From the NCBI GenBank assembly GCA_963836235.1, contig CAWIIP010000002.1:1440001-1504000 (forward strand): a DNA stretch of 64,000 bases. The letters are read 5' to 3'. Both the position numbers and the translations under genes were made by a program. The DNA is from an uncultured Pseudomonadota bacterium (GTDB lineage Bacteria; Oederibacteriota; Muellerivitia; Muellerivitales; Muellerivitaceae). A model generated the notes under the pieces. The model was not told the DNA's origin. It ran no database searches and saw only the letters and a program-made list of their open reading frames with translations. Each line of letters opens with the position of its first letter. Positions within the stretch are counted from its first letter, which is position 1. Of this stretch, positions 1 to 9,645 are shown in pieces.

Positions 1-1212
1 CAAAGCCTTTAAGGCCTTTTGAATTTCCTGTTGATGGCGGGCGGAGGTCAAAACCACATCCTCCGCTGCGAGTGGCGTTTGGATCAGGTTTTCAATCTTT
101 TCGATTACCTGAGACAGGCCTTCGCCTGTCTGGCAGGAAAGGCTAAGACATCTTTCGGGATCCAAGCCTGAGTCTATCCAAGGCTGTCCACGCTTGATTA
201 AATCTTTTTTGTTAAATAAAAACCAAGTTCTTTCGGGGGGAAGTCTGTTGTTTTTCAATTCCCCCAAGGATTCTTGGGGGGCGGCCGCGTCCACTAACCA
301 GAAAATCATATCCGCTTCCTCGATGACTTGGTGGCTGCGGCGAATGCCTTCCACTTCCACAACATTCTTGGCCTCACGAATTCCAGCCGTATCAAAAAAT
401 CGGACCTTCACTCCCTTGAGGCGGATTTCTCCCTCGACTACATCCCGAGTGGTTCCAGCCAAAGGCGTTACGATGGCGCGATGGCTTCCCAGCAAGGCAT
501 TCAACAAGCTAGATTTTCCCACGTTGGGCGGGCCCACCAGGGCCACCTTCAAACCCTCCCGTATGACTTTTCCCTGCTGGTAGCTTCTCGAAAGTTTCTG
601 AAGTTCGGATTGGACCTCCGCCAGGTCCTTATCGAATTTCGCCAGGTCCAAAGGGGGAATACCGTCTTCTGAAAACTCCAGCCGGGCCTCAATTTTCAGG
701 TAAAGCGCCTTGAGGGCTTCCTCCATCGGCTCTAAATGGGCTGAGAGGCCACCGGTCAATTGACTCAAGGCTTGCCGCCGGGCCGCGTCACCCTGGGCGG
801 CTACCAGGGCTTCCACCGCCTCGGCTTGGGCCAGGTCCAACCGGCCGTTCACGAAGGCCCGGTAAGTGAATTCCCCCGCCCCCGCCGTCCGGGCGCCGAG
901 ACCCACTATAAGTTCCACTAGGTAGGCGAGAAGCATGGGACTTCCGTGGGCGTGGAATTCCACCACATCCTCGGCGGTATAACTGTGGGGTTTGGGCATG
1001 ACCAGCAAAAGCCCCTCATCCAGCGTTTCGCCGGTTTGGGGATTCTTGAATTTCCCGAAAAGCATCTGCCGTTTCGAAGACAATGAATTGGAAGAGGCGA
1101 AAAGTTGGCGGGCGATCTCCAGGGCCTTCGCACCCGAAAGACGGACGATGCCTAACCCTCCCGTTCCGACGGGGGTAGCGATGGCTACAATCGTGTCGTT
1201 AAGTTCATACAT
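1..1212 (-). CDS. mnmE: tRNA modification GTPase MnmE (3' end runs off the window)
   Basis: Manual translation from ATG 1212: MYELNDTIVAIATPVGTGGLGIVRLSG; contains GEFTYRAFVNGRLDLAQAEAV and GPPNVGKSSLLN; next to jag/yidC. Not in the ORF track because truncated. Confidence 0.96.
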   Translation of the reverse strand, partial: MYELNDTIVAIATPVGTGGLGIVRLSGAKALEIARQLFASSNSLSSKRQMLFGKFKNPQTGETLDEGLLLVMPKPHSYTAEDVVEFHAHGSPMLLAYLVELIVGLGARTAGAGEFTYRAFVNGRLDLAQAEAVEALVAAQGDAARRQALSQLTGGLSAHLEPMEEALKALYLKIEARLEFSEDGIPPLDLAKFDKDLAEVQSELQKLSRSYQQGKVIREGLKVALVGPPNVGKSSLLNALLGSHRAIVTPLAGTTRDVVEGEIRLKGVKVRFFDTAGIREAKNVVEVEGIRRSHQVIEEADMIFWLVDAAAPQESLGELKNNRLPPERTWFLFNKKDLIKRGQPWIDSGLDPERCLSLSCQTGEGLSQVIEKIENLIQTPLAAEDVVLTSARHQQEIQKALKAL

Positions 1213-1266
1213 AGGAAACCTAATTTACCACAGAGGCGGGAACCCCAGGGGTTCGTCCCGAAACTC

Positions 1267-1302
1267 AAAATAAAAAAGGCCCCTCCCGTTAGGGAAAGGC
1301 CT
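1267..1302 (-). terminator. Intrinsic terminator after jag
   Basis: Minus strand AGGCCTTTCCC-TAAC-GGGAGGGGCCT followed by TTTTTATTTT. Confidence 0.6.
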
Positions 1303-1333
1303 CGATTATCAAACGCCCAATTTTTAGAAAAGG

Positions 1334-2596
1334 TTAAACTCGGTTGCCAATGTTGTCGTCAATTGGCCTTTCATTCGGGATGGCGTTACCCGGTTCAGGA
1401 CGATCTGAAACCACAGGCTCTTCCACCTTCGCCGCCGGAGAGATCGGTTGGTTCTCGACAATCGGCTGTTTTTCAACCATGGGTTGGCTTTCCCTGGAAA
1501 CCGTTGGTTGATCTTCCACCGGAGCCGAACCTTCAACTCCGACATTGCCAGCCGCTTCCGCGGCGGCGGTGGCCTCGGGCGTCACATTCTCGGCCTTCAC
1601 CTTGGGCACGATAACGACCTTGCGGCGCAAACCCTCGCCGCGGCTTTCAGTCGTGACATGCTCGTGTTCCTTCAAGGCCATATGTACCACCCGGCGGTCC
1701 TTGGAGCTCATAGGGCGCATGGGAATTTCCACGCCCGTTTCCTTGGCCTTTTGGGCTAGGTTGACGGACAGTTCCTTCAACTTGTCCTTCTGGCGCTCCA
1801 GGTAATTTTCCACGTCCACGATGATGATGGATTTTTCGTCTCCCGTCATGCGTTGGACTGTCTTGGAAACCAGGTATTGCAACGCGTCCAGGGTATGGCC
1901 ATGGCGGCCGATCAAGGTACCGCTGGAGGGCCCTTGGATGTTCAGGACCGTATTGCCGTCATCATCCTTTTGGACCTTCACTTTGTCCGGCAAGCTCATG
2001 CCGCGCAAAAGCCGGCTGAGGACCCCTTCCGCGAAGGGAGCCACCGCATGGCTTTTCAAGGAAATCTTCACCTTGGAGGGCTTGGAACCTATCCCTAAGA
2101 ACCCCTTGCTTCCTTCCTCGAGAACTTCGGTCTTCAGGTCGTTTTTGCCGACGTTGAAGCGCCGGGAGGCCTCTTCAATGGCTTCCTCCACCGTGCGACC
2201 GGTCACTTCCACCCAGGAACTGCCTGTGCGGGGAGTGTAAGGACCTTCATGACGCTCGGAACGTTCTGGACGCCCCGAACGGTCGTTGCGGTAGTTGCCC
2301 GAAGAATGCGAAGGCCCCGGGCGATAGCCGCCTGACCGGTGCTCGCCACCACGGTTATCGTTGCGTTCGAAGCGGGGGTTGTTGCCTTTATATCCCCCTT
2401 CACGATTTCCGGCGCCACGGTATCCGCCGCCACGATTATCGCGACCACCCTGTTGTTCCCGATTATATCCTCCACCACCGCTAGGGCGGTTCCCGCTATA
2501 ACCACCGCGGTTTCCGCTGGGCGGCCTTCCATTGCCCCCGGAGGGTCTTGCCCCGCCGGACGGCCTGTCGCTGTTCTGATTTGAAAAATTCCTCAT
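1334..2596 (-). CDS. jag: Jag/EloR (KhpB) RNA-binding protein with Gly/Arg-rich N-terminal extension
   Basis: Jag_N (VEVTGRTVEEAIEEA...GSKGFLGIG), KH (LIGRHGHTLDALQYL), R3H (RRVVH); start ATG 2596 overlaps the yidC stop (ATGA). Confidence 0.92.
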   Translation of the reverse strand: MRNFSNQNSDRPSGGARPSGGNGRPPSGNRGGYSGNRPSGGGGYNREQQGGRDNRGGGYRGAGNREGGYKGNNPRFERNDNRGGEHRSGGYRPGPSHSSGNYRNDRSGRPERSERHEGPYTPRTGSSWVEVTGRTVEEAIEEASRRFNVGKNDLKTEVLEEGSKGFLGIGSKPSKVKISLKSHAVAPFAEGVLSRLLRGMSLPDKVKVQKDDDGNTVLNIQGPSSGTLIGRHGHTLDALQYLVSKTVQRMTGDEKSIIIVDVENYLERQKDKLKELSVNLAQKAKETGVEIPMRPMSSKDRRVVHMALKEHEHVTTESRGEGLRRKVVIVPKVKAENVTPEATAAAEAAGNVGVEGSAPVEDQPTVSRESQPMVEKQPIVENQPISPAAKVEEPVVSDRPEPGNAIPNERPIDDNIGNRV

Positions 2597-4320
2597 GATT
2601 TTACGACCTCGACTTTCTTCTTGGCTTTTTGGACTTCCCGGTTCACCACTTTCTGCTGCAGCATCGAAAGGACGTTCGTCACCACCCAGTAAAGCAAAAG
2701 CCCCGAGGGCCACTTGGTGGAAATAAACGTGAGCACAACCGGCATCATCCACATCATCATTTTTTGTTGACCAGCGGCCTGGGTGGCCATCTGGCCCGAC
2801 ACCTTCTGTTGGAGGATCATGGTCCCGCCCATCAGAAGGGGTAGCACGTAAATCGGATCATGGAGGGTAAGGTCCCCCAGCCACAAAAAGTGGGCTCCGC
2901 GCAATTCGATACTGTGATTCAGGGTGGCGTAAAGGGCCCAGAAGACGGGCAATTGGAACAGCATGGGCAGGCATCCCCCCAGGGGATTGATTCCCGCCTC
3001 GTTGAACAGCTTCATTTGTTCCTGCTGTTGTTTTTGCTTGTCATCGGGATACTTACGCTTGAGGGCGTCCACCTTCGGCTGGACTTCCCTCATTTTTTGT
3101 TGGGTCATGTACATGTTTTTGTAACTGTTATGGGTCGGAAGCCACAGCAGCAACTTAACCGAGACGGAAAGGAGGATGACCGCCAGGCCCCAGTTATGAA
3201 CAATGGTGAAGAACCACTGCAGAAGGGCCAGCATGTAAACACTGATGAAACCAAAGAAGCCCAAATCGATCACTTTTTCCAATTGAAGATTGAGGCTTTT
3301 GAGAAGGGAATAGTCCTGGGGGCCAATGAAAACTTGAAATTTTTCTTTAAAGCTTTGGCCTTGTTTCAACTCAGGCGTCTGAAAAATTAAAAGGGGACGG
3401 GGCGTGAAAGTTTTGGGATCCAGGCCTGGAGTGGGATCTTCCGGCGTGGGGCTTTTAAAAGCGTTATTATCCCGCACTACTTTAACCGAGGCTCCTCCGG
3501 AAGCCGGATCCGGAATCAAGGTTGCCATAAAAAACTGGTTGGCTAAGGCCGTCCAAGTGATGGGAGATGGGATTTCGGCGGATTCCTGGGATTTTTTCGG
3601 GCTCTGTGAATCCACATGGTCGCCTGCCAGTGTCGCCACGCGATAACCCTGAACCCTGGAGTTGGTTCCCGCTGTCATTTCCTCTTGGCCCAATGTATCG
3701 GCCCATTCCACCGTGAGCATTCCCGCGGTAAGGGTGCCTGGTTTTGCCTGGCTGACGGTGACTTCGGCGCCAATCAGGTAACTGCCGTTTTTAAAGGTAA
3801 ACTTTTTTTCCAGGACCGATCCCTGGGGATCGCGGTAACGGAAAAGAAGTTGAGCTTCTTCGTTCGCATGGTCGAGCTTTTGGGAGGATCCCACAATTTC
3901 AAATTTTTGATCATTCAATTGGGGAATAGAATATTGGACCGTGAAAGGCTTAGGGTGTGCCGGATCGGAGTTAACCAATTCTATGGGTTGATGGGTTTGG
4001 CGGTTTTGGTATTTCTTCAATTCGAAACCGGTAAGCACGGCGCCTTCATTGGAGAACACGGCGGTGTAATTGTCAGTATCAATGGTCACCGAAGCCGCGG
4101 GAATATTGGAGGGCTTGGTTTCTTGGATTTTCGAGGAGATGCCGGCGTTCGATTCATCGGGGGCTTGAATCGTGGAACTCGTCACCGTCGCTGCGGATTG
4201 CGAAACCGGGTTTGAGGGATTGACAGGCACCGGCGGCGGCACCGGGATAAAAAATTGGGAAATACCCAGGACCACGATGCAAGAAACCAAGAAGAAAACC
4301 ACTCGGCTGTTGTTATCCAA
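2593..4320 (-). CDS. yidC: Membrane protein insertase YidC
   Basis: Periplasmic domain plus NWGLAVILL, GINPLGGCLP, LLLYWVVTN motifs; canonical gene order. Confidence 0.96.
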   Translation of the reverse strand: MDNNSRVVFFLVSCIVVLGISQFFIPVPPPVPVNPSNPVSQSAATVTSSTIQAPDESNAGISSKIQETKPSNIPAASVTIDTDNYTAVFSNEGAVLTGFELKKYQNRQTHQPIELVNSDPAHPKPFTVQYSIPQLNDQKFEIVGSSQKLDHANEEAQLLFRYRDPQGSVLEKKFTFKNGSYLIGAEVTVSQAKPGTLTAGMLTVEWADTLGQEEMTAGTNSRVQGYRVATLAGDHVDSQSPKKSQESAEIPSPITWTALANQFFMATLIPDPASGGASVKVVRDNNAFKSPTPEDPTPGLDPKTFTPRPLLIFQTPELKQGQSFKEKFQVFIGPQDYSLLKSLNLQLEKVIDLGFFGFISVYMLALLQWFFTIVHNWGLAVILLSVSVKLLLWLPTHNSYKNMYMTQQKMREVQPKVDALKRKYPDDKQKQQQEQMKLFNEAGINPLGGCLPMLFQLPVFWALYATLNHSIELRGAHFLWLGDLTLHDPIYVLPLLMGGTMILQQKVSGQMATQAAGQQKMMMWMMPVVLTFISTKWPSGLLLYWVVTNVLSMLQQKVVNREVQKAKKKVEVVKS

Positions 4321-4341
4321 AACGATTCCCCCGTGACTGAA

Positions 4342-4563
4342 TTAATGGACGGGGTGGAATCCTCCGGATGAAGCGGGATGGCAACGGCTCAAACGCTTTA
4401 GGCCCATCCAAAGGCCCTTCCCGGCGCCATAACGAACCACGGCTTGACGGGTATATTCAGAGCAAGAGGGCGTAAACCGGCAGGAAGGGGGTAGGTAAGG
4501 CGAAATCATCAGCTGATACCCCTTGATGAAAATTAAGAGCCCCTGCTTTAAGAGTTTGTCCAT
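4342..4563 (-). CDS. yidD: Membrane protein insertion efficiency factor YidD
   Basis: YQLMISP...CRFTPSCSEY...RCHP...GG motif. Confidence 0.95.
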   Translation of the reverse strand: MDKLLKQGLLIFIKGYQLMISPYLPPSCRFTPSCSEYTRQAVVRYGAGKGLWMGLKRLSRCHPASSGGFHPVH

Positions 4564-4564
4564 T

Positions 4565-4930
4565 CTAAGATCCCTGCTTCATCCGGGGGAGAAGGCCCGC
4601 CCTGGTCGCGAGTGAGAGAAAGGAATTTCTCAACTCGTCGAAGGTGCGCGCCGCACTTCCGCGCCTGGGGATCAGGATGACCTGGTAACCCCCGCGGAAT
4701 CTTTCTTTTTCCACCCGGTAAATTTCCTTGAGGCGCCGCTTCAGGCGGTTTCGAAGGTAGGCCTTCCCTAAGGCCCGACTCAACGAGACGCCAAATTTCC
4801 GAAGGGCGGCATCCTCACTGAACTGTACGTAGAAAGCTAAACAACCATCTTCCAACTTGCGACATTGCTGAAAAACCGCTTTAAACTCCCTTGATTGTTT
4901 CAGCCGCTCCGACTTTAAATATCGCGGCAT
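4565..4930 (-). CDS. rnpA: Ribonuclease P protein component
   Basis: RLK..REF and GKAYLRNRLKRRLKE (RNR motif). Confidence 0.93.
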   Translation of the reverse strand: MPRYLKSERLKQSREFKAVFQQCRKLEDGCLAFYVQFSEDAALRKFGVSLSRALGKAYLRNRLKRRLKEIYRVEKERFRGGYQVILIPRRGSAARTFDELRNSFLSLATRAGLLPRMKQGS

Positions 4931-4955
4931 AGATTAAACCAATGGACGCGCCCGT

Positions 4956-5093
4956 TTATTGGACGCTGACTTTACGACGGCCTTTTTTGCGGCGGCTGCT
5001 CAAGACACGGCGACCCCCGACCGTTTTCATGCGACTGCGAAAACCGTGAACCTTTTGGCGTTTACGTTTGTTGGGTTGATAGGTTCGTTTCAT
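4956..5093 (-). CDS. rpmH: 50S ribosomal protein L34
   Basis: Manual translation [45 protein letters not shown] (too short for the ORF track). Confidence 0.97.
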   Translation of the reverse strand: MKRTYQPNKRKRQKVHGFRSRMKTVGGRRVLSSRRKKGRRKVSVQ

Positions 5094-5284
5094 AAGAGAA
5101 AAACCATTCCTTTAATACAGGTTCCGCAGGGGAACCCTTTTTGGTGCGGCAAGCCGGTGAAAAGAGCGCTGATTTTATCCTATATATATTCAAAAGGTCA
5201 ACGTAAGCTTGAAGCGCCGCACAGTGGCCCCCAAATGATGCGTTTGGCCTTGGCCCTAACCGCTATCAATGGTAAAAGGACCCC

Positions 5285-5824
5285 ATGAGTGCCTCTCTTC
5301 AACTAATCCTTGGCGGCGCGAAATCAGGTAAATCCCGGTTCGCTTTAAGCCAGGGCAATGAAAACCTTTTTGAGCCTCGAATTTTTCTCGCCACCGCTTC
5401 ACCGGGAGACGAGGAAATGCGACAGCGCATTCATCGTCATCAATCCGAGAGAGGGAGCGATTGGCAAACCCTGGAGGAATCCTACCAACTGCTAGAAGCC
5501 TTAAGCCGGTCGGCCATCCACGAAAAGGGATTGGTGGTTGTGGATTGCGCCACCCTTTGGATTTCAAATTTGTTGTGTGGAATGGGCGGAAAAGTAAAAT
5601 CAGTCACCGAAATCGAAAATGAATTTGAAAAACTATTTCAAATACTTCCTCTTTTAAAAGGAAGTATTCGTTTCATTTCAAACGAAGTCGGCCTGGGAAT
5701 TGTTCCTGATAATTTGTTAAGCCGCCAATTTCGTGACCTTCAAGGAATATTCAACCAATCCGTCGCTTCCATTGCCAATCAAGTTATTCTTTTGACCGCG
5801 GGCATTCCTCAAAAAATAAAATAA
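5285..5824 (+). CDS. cobU: Adenosylcobinamide kinase / cobinamide-phosphate guanylyltransferase
   Basis: LILGGAKSGKSRFA, EMRQRIHRHQ, VDCATLW, SNEVGLGIVP, FRDLQG, AGIP. Confidence 0.95.
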   Translation: MSASLQLILGGAKSGKSRFALSQGNENLFEPRIFLATASPGDEEMRQRIHRHQSERGSDWQTLEESYQLLEALSRSAIHEKGLVVVDCATLWISNLLCGMGGKVKSVTEIENEFEKLFQILPLLKGSIRFISNEVGLGIVPDNLLSRQFRDLQGIFNQSVASIANQVILLTAGIPQKIK

Positions 5825-5904
5825 ACAACATCTCAAAACTTGAAAATATTTTCAAAACTTGGTTAACTATTCCGGCCTTAAAATCTGCACAAAGAGAGTC
5901 CACT

Positions 5905-6519
5905 TTGTCATTCAAAATACCTTCTGGTGTCCCAAAATCCAAATGGCTTCAGGGCCTTTCCATCTTAAATGGCTTATGGAAAAAAGGTCTTTTTCCTGAA
6001 GACTTGGAACGCCATTATTTCCTCCACTGGTTCGTGATTTACAAAGGAAATATTATTCAAACGGCGAAAGCTCTGGATATTCACCGCAATACCATTCAAG
6101 GGCATTTCTTAGAATTGGGATATTCCAAAAAATCCGTCAAACTGCGGCACACTTGGCAGGAAATGGAAGCCAAAAAAGGAACTTTTGAAACTAAGTTCTT
6201 CAATTTTTATAACCGGTTCGGCGGGAAGCCCCGATTCTCGGCCCAAGAAAACGCCGCCTTGGTGGGTTTGTGGCAAGCCAAGTTCCCCTTTAAAACCCTC
6301 ACCCCCCATTATCTCCTCTGGACCATCCGCAGCGGAAAACCGAAGAATTGGGTGGAAAAAAAGCTGGGCTATTCTTACCGGCATCGGGCCCGCTTATTGA
6401 GCAGCCTTCCAAAACCTAAGACAAGGGATGGCTTCTGGCTTTCCCCTTTAAAACCTCAGGTGAAGGAAATCTATTCACGCCGCTATCAAACCATCCTTTT
6501 AGGCCAGAAGAAACACTAA
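5905..6519 (+). CDS. Hypothetical basic protein with a Fis-like HTH and an internal duplication
   Basis: GNIIQTAKALDIHRNTI resembles a Fis/HTH_8 helix-turn-helix; TTG start, exact start uncertain. Confidence 0.6.
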   Translation: MSFKIPSGVPKSKWLQGLSILNGLWKKGLFPEDLERHYFLHWFVIYKGNIIQTAKALDIHRNTIQGHFLELGYSKKSVKLRHTWQEMEAKKGTFETKFFNFYNRFGGKPRFSAQENAALVGLWQAKFPFKTLTPHYLLWTIRSGKPKNWVEKKLGYSYRHRARLLSSLPKPKTRDGFWLSPLKPQVKEIYSRRYQTILLGQKKH

Positions 6520-6620
6520 GTTTTCAAAAGCATGTTTAGACTCAGTAAGTCGGCTTTTTATTCCTCTTTTGGTTATCCCTTTTGCGGCTAAAATATCCAA
6601 CATCCAAAAAGGGGAAACTC

Positions 6621-7712
6621 ATGAAACTTTTTAAAACCATCGCTTCCATTCCCACGCTTGATTCCAAGGCCATGCAGAAGGCCCAAAAAAGGCAGGCCCA
6701 GCTCACCAAACCCGCTGGAAGCTTGGGAAGGCTGGAAGCCATCGCTATCCAAGTGGCGGGTATCACCGGCCAAGCCATTCCCTTGCTTGGAAAAAAACAG
6801 GTTCTCTTATGCGCGGGCGACCACGGAGTGACGGTGGAAGGCGTCTCAGCCTTTCCCTCGGCGGTCACCCCCATGATGGTTCTTAATTTCCTGAAAGGCG
6901 GGGCGGCCATTAACGCTCTCGCCCGGCAGGCGGGGGCGGAAGTGAAGGTGGTGGACGTCGGTGTCGCGACGGACCTACCCAAGCACAAGCAACTTCTTTC
7001 CGCGAAAATCGCGCGGGGAACAAAAAATTTTAAAATCGAATCCGCCATGACGGAAGCCCAATGCCAAAAGTCCCTGGAATTAGGATTAAAGCTGGCGGAT
7101 CAAGCCAAAAAAGAGAAAGTGACTTTCGTGGTTTTAGGTGAAATGGGAATCGGCAACACGACTTCCGCCGCCGCGCTCATGGCCGCCCTTTTACCTTGCG
7201 CGGTGGAGGATGTCACTGGTTTTGGAACCGGCATAGACCGGACCCAGTGGATGAACAAATGCCGGGTGATCCAGGAATCGCTGCGGCTTCACCTTTTAAA
7301 ACCCGAAAAACCCCTGGATGCGCTCCAAAAGGTCGGCGGCCTGGAAATCGCGGCCTTGATCGGCGTGGTCCTGGGCTGCGCCAAAAACCGGATTCCGGTG
7401 GTGGTGGACGGCTTTATCACCTCTTCCGCTTTCCTTGTGGCCTACCGCCTCAACCCAAGAGTGAAGGATTTCGCTTTCTTTTCCCACCGTTCCGAGGAAC
7501 CCGGCCACACGAAATTTTATGAGATGCTGGGCGTCGAACCCCTGCTGGAAATGAAAATGCGCCTAGGGGAAGGATCGGGCGGCGCCTTGGCCCTGAATAT
7601 CCTGGAAGCCGCGCTCCGTGCCCACGCGGAAATGGCGACCTTTGAAAGCGCCAAAGTACCCACCAAAATCGAAAAGAAAAAAGCCGCCGCCCGCAAAACC
7701 ACCCAAAAATGA
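6621..7712 (+). CDS. cobT: Nicotinate-nucleotide-dimethylbenzimidazole phosphoribosyltransferase
   Basis: LTKPAGSLGRLE, GDHGV, GEMGIGNTT, GGLEIAA, RLGEGSG; ATG 6621 after AAGGGGA. Confidence 0.96.
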   Translation: MKLFKTIASIPTLDSKAMQKAQKRQAQLTKPAGSLGRLEAIAIQVAGITGQAIPLLGKKQVLLCAGDHGVTVEGVSAFPSAVTPMMVLNFLKGGAAINALARQAGAEVKVVDVGVATDLPKHKQLLSAKIARGTKNFKIESAMTEAQCQKSLELGLKLADQAKKEKVTFVVLGEMGIGNTTSAAALMAALLPCAVEDVTGFGTGIDRTQWMNKCRVIQESLRLHLLKPEKPLDALQKVGGLEIAALIGVVLGCAKNRIPVVVDGFITSSAFLVAYRLNPRVKDFAFFSHRSEEPGHTKFYEMLGVEPLLEMKMRLGEGSGGALALNILEAALRAHAEMATFESAKVPTKIEKKKAAARKTTQK

Positions 7713-8455
7713 AATCCCTGCTGGTCGCCCTCTCGACCCTCACCGCCCTTCCGCTTTCCCCGAAGGAATGGACGGATAAGGACCTGAAACAATCCGTGGT
7801 TTTCTATCCGCTGGTGGGCACGCTGATCGGCGGCTTGCTGGTCCTGGCTGGTAAAATGCCCATGGCCCATGATTTAAAAGCCCTGCTCCTTCTGCTGCTT
7901 TGGGTGGCGATCACCGTGGCTTTCCATTTGGACGGCCTGAGTGATTGCCTGGATGGCTTCTTCGGAGGCAAAACACCGGAAGAGCGGCGGCGTATTATGA
8001 AGGATCCCACCATCGGCGCTTTTGGCGTCACGGGCATCGCCCTGGACCTTCTCTTTAAATATGTCCTTTTAACCCATCTTCTGGCCGAGGGGGAAAATTG
8101 GAAATGGCTTCTTCTGGTTCCCATCGCCGCCCGCTGGGCCGTGACCCTCGCCTGTCTTCTCTTTAAAGCGCCGTCCGGGGATAAGGGTTTGGGCTCCCAA
8201 GTGCTGGGCCTGCCCGCCCCCTGGTTCGCGGCCTCCACGGTCGCCACTCTGGCCATTGGAATCGGGCTTTTGAAAACTCAGGGAGTAGAATCGATTCTTA
8301 TCGCAGCCGCGGTGGCGCTTGCCGTGGGTTTTCTTTCCCGGTCCCGCGTCGGCGGCTTGACGGGCGACGGCATGGGAGCCATCGTTGAATTGAGCGAGGT
8401 CTCGCTTCTTTTCATGGCTTGCCTGGCTATGGCCAAACCTTTTTTTTCCCTCTAA
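7709..8455 (+). CDS. cobS: Cobalamin synthase
   Basis: YPLVG, HLDGLSDCLDG, IMKDP.IGAFG, GGLTGD.MGA. Confidence 0.95.
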   Translation: MKSLLVALSTLTALPLSPKEWTDKDLKQSVVFYPLVGTLIGGLLVLAGKMPMAHDLKALLLLLLWVAITVAFHLDGLSDCLDGFFGGKTPEERRRIMKDPTIGAFGVTGIALDLLFKYVLLTHLLAEGENWKWLLLVPIAARWAVTLACLLFKAPSGDKGLGSQVLGLPAPWFAASTVATLAIGIGLLKTQGVESILIAAAVALAVGFLSRSRVGGLTGDGMGAIVELSEVSLLFMACLAMAKPFFSL

Positions 8456-8472
8456 TCGGGTAAAATGAATCG

Positions 8473-8838
8473 ATGAAAAAATGCGTCCTCATCATCAGCC
8501 ACGGCAGCCGGGAAAAATCCGCCAACAACGATTTCAAACGCCTGGTTCGAAAATACGTGAAGCTCCATTCCAATTGGAAAGTTTCCCACGCCTATTTGGA
8601 GATGGCCAGCCCTTCCATTCCGGAAGCTTTGGAAGTACTTGCCTTAAAATCCAATGAGATTCTTGTCTTGCCCCTATTTTTCTTCGCGGCGAAGCACATT
8701 AAAAAGCATATCCCTGAAATCCTGAAGGCCTTTCAAAAAGACCACCCAAAAACCAAGGTGAAATTGGCCAGACCCTTGGGTTCGGATTCAAAGTTATTGG
8801 AGATTTTGGATGAAAGACTCGATGAAATATCGAGCTGA
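8473..8838 (+). CDS. cbiX: Short CbiX/SirB-family chelatase
   Basis: IISHGSR, AYLE..SPSI, LPLFFFAAKHIKKHIP, ARPLG; single-domain size. Confidence 0.85.
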   Translation: MKKCVLIISHGSREKSANNDFKRLVRKYVKLHSNWKVSHAYLEMASPSIPEALEVLALKSNEILVLPLFFFAAKHIKKHIPEILKAFQKDHPKTKVKLARPLGSDSKLLEILDERLDEISS

Positions 8839-8862
8839 TCTTCGGGAATTCCAGTGAAAAAT

Positions 8863-9561
8863 TTATTCCGCTTCCGCTTGCCGCAGAAAATCCATTATTT
8901 CTTGGGAAGGTGCCAGCCCCCACCCGTCATAATAAACCGCCTCGGATAAGGGGATTCGGGGAAGCCAGCCGGTCGTCTGGAACAGGGGCTTTTCGGGAAA
9001 CTCTTCCACATAACCCAGACACAAATAAGCCACCGGATCCACGTGGCTGGGAAAACCCAAAAAATTTCTTAATTTTTCTGGTTCCAGAATGCTGACCCAG
9101 CCTACTCCCACGCCCTCAGCCCGGGCCGCCAGCCAAAGATTTTGCACCGCACCACAGGTGCTGTAAATGTCGGTGTCCTTCATGGTATTTCGGCCGATGA
9201 CGGTGGGGCCGAAGCGGGTGCGGTCGCAGGTCACGCAGACATTCACTGCCGAATCCAGAATGCCTTCCAACTTATAGGAGAGGTACTTTTCCCGCCTCTC
9301 ACTCTCAAAATTTTCGGCAGCTTTGAGCCTTTCCTGAGTCACGTGGCTGTGGATCTTCGAACGAAGGCCCTTATCTTCGATAACGATAAAGTTCCAAGGC
9401 TGGCAATAGCCCACCGACCCCGCTTGGTGGGCGGCCTTCAGAATTCGAGCCAGCACTTCTTTTTCCAGGGGTTGGGATTTAAAAGAGCGCATATCCCGCC
9501 GCCGGGCAATGGCCTCGTAAACTCCCTGCCGCCATTCTTCCGGAAACCGATGTTCTGTCAT
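8863..9561 (-). CDS. bluB: 5,6-dimethylbenzimidazole synthase
   Basis: RRRDMRSF, AHQAGSVG..QPW, KLEGI, QNLWLAARAEGVGVGWVS; start MTEHRF after GGGGAAGAG. Confidence 0.92.
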   Translation of the reverse strand: MTEHRFPEEWRQGVYEAIARRRDMRSFKSQPLEKEVLARILKAAHQAGSVGYCQPWNFIVIEDKGLRSKIHSHVTQERLKAAENFESERREKYLSYKLEGILDSAVNVCVTCDRTRFGPTVIGRNTMKDTDIYSTCGAVQNLWLAARAEGVGVGWVSILEPEKLRNFLGFPSHVDPVAYLCLGYVEEFPEKPLFQTTGWLPRIPLSEAVYYDGWGLAPSQEIMDFLRQAEAE

Positions 9562-9645
9562 CTCTTCCCCCTTTGGAACTAGCACCCGTATCCCAAAGGA
9601 ATCCCCCCCCTCTTTGAAGCCCGGCGTCCCCACGCCGCTGTCACT

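Noticed and set aside
194-1273. Short ORF-track entries over mnmE, and similar overlapping ORFs throughout
   Set aside because: Shadows of recognisable genes, with no family motifs.
1814-1823. GTCCACGATG inside jag as another cassette site
   Set aside because: Only a partial arm within a conserved CDS, with no core or second arm.
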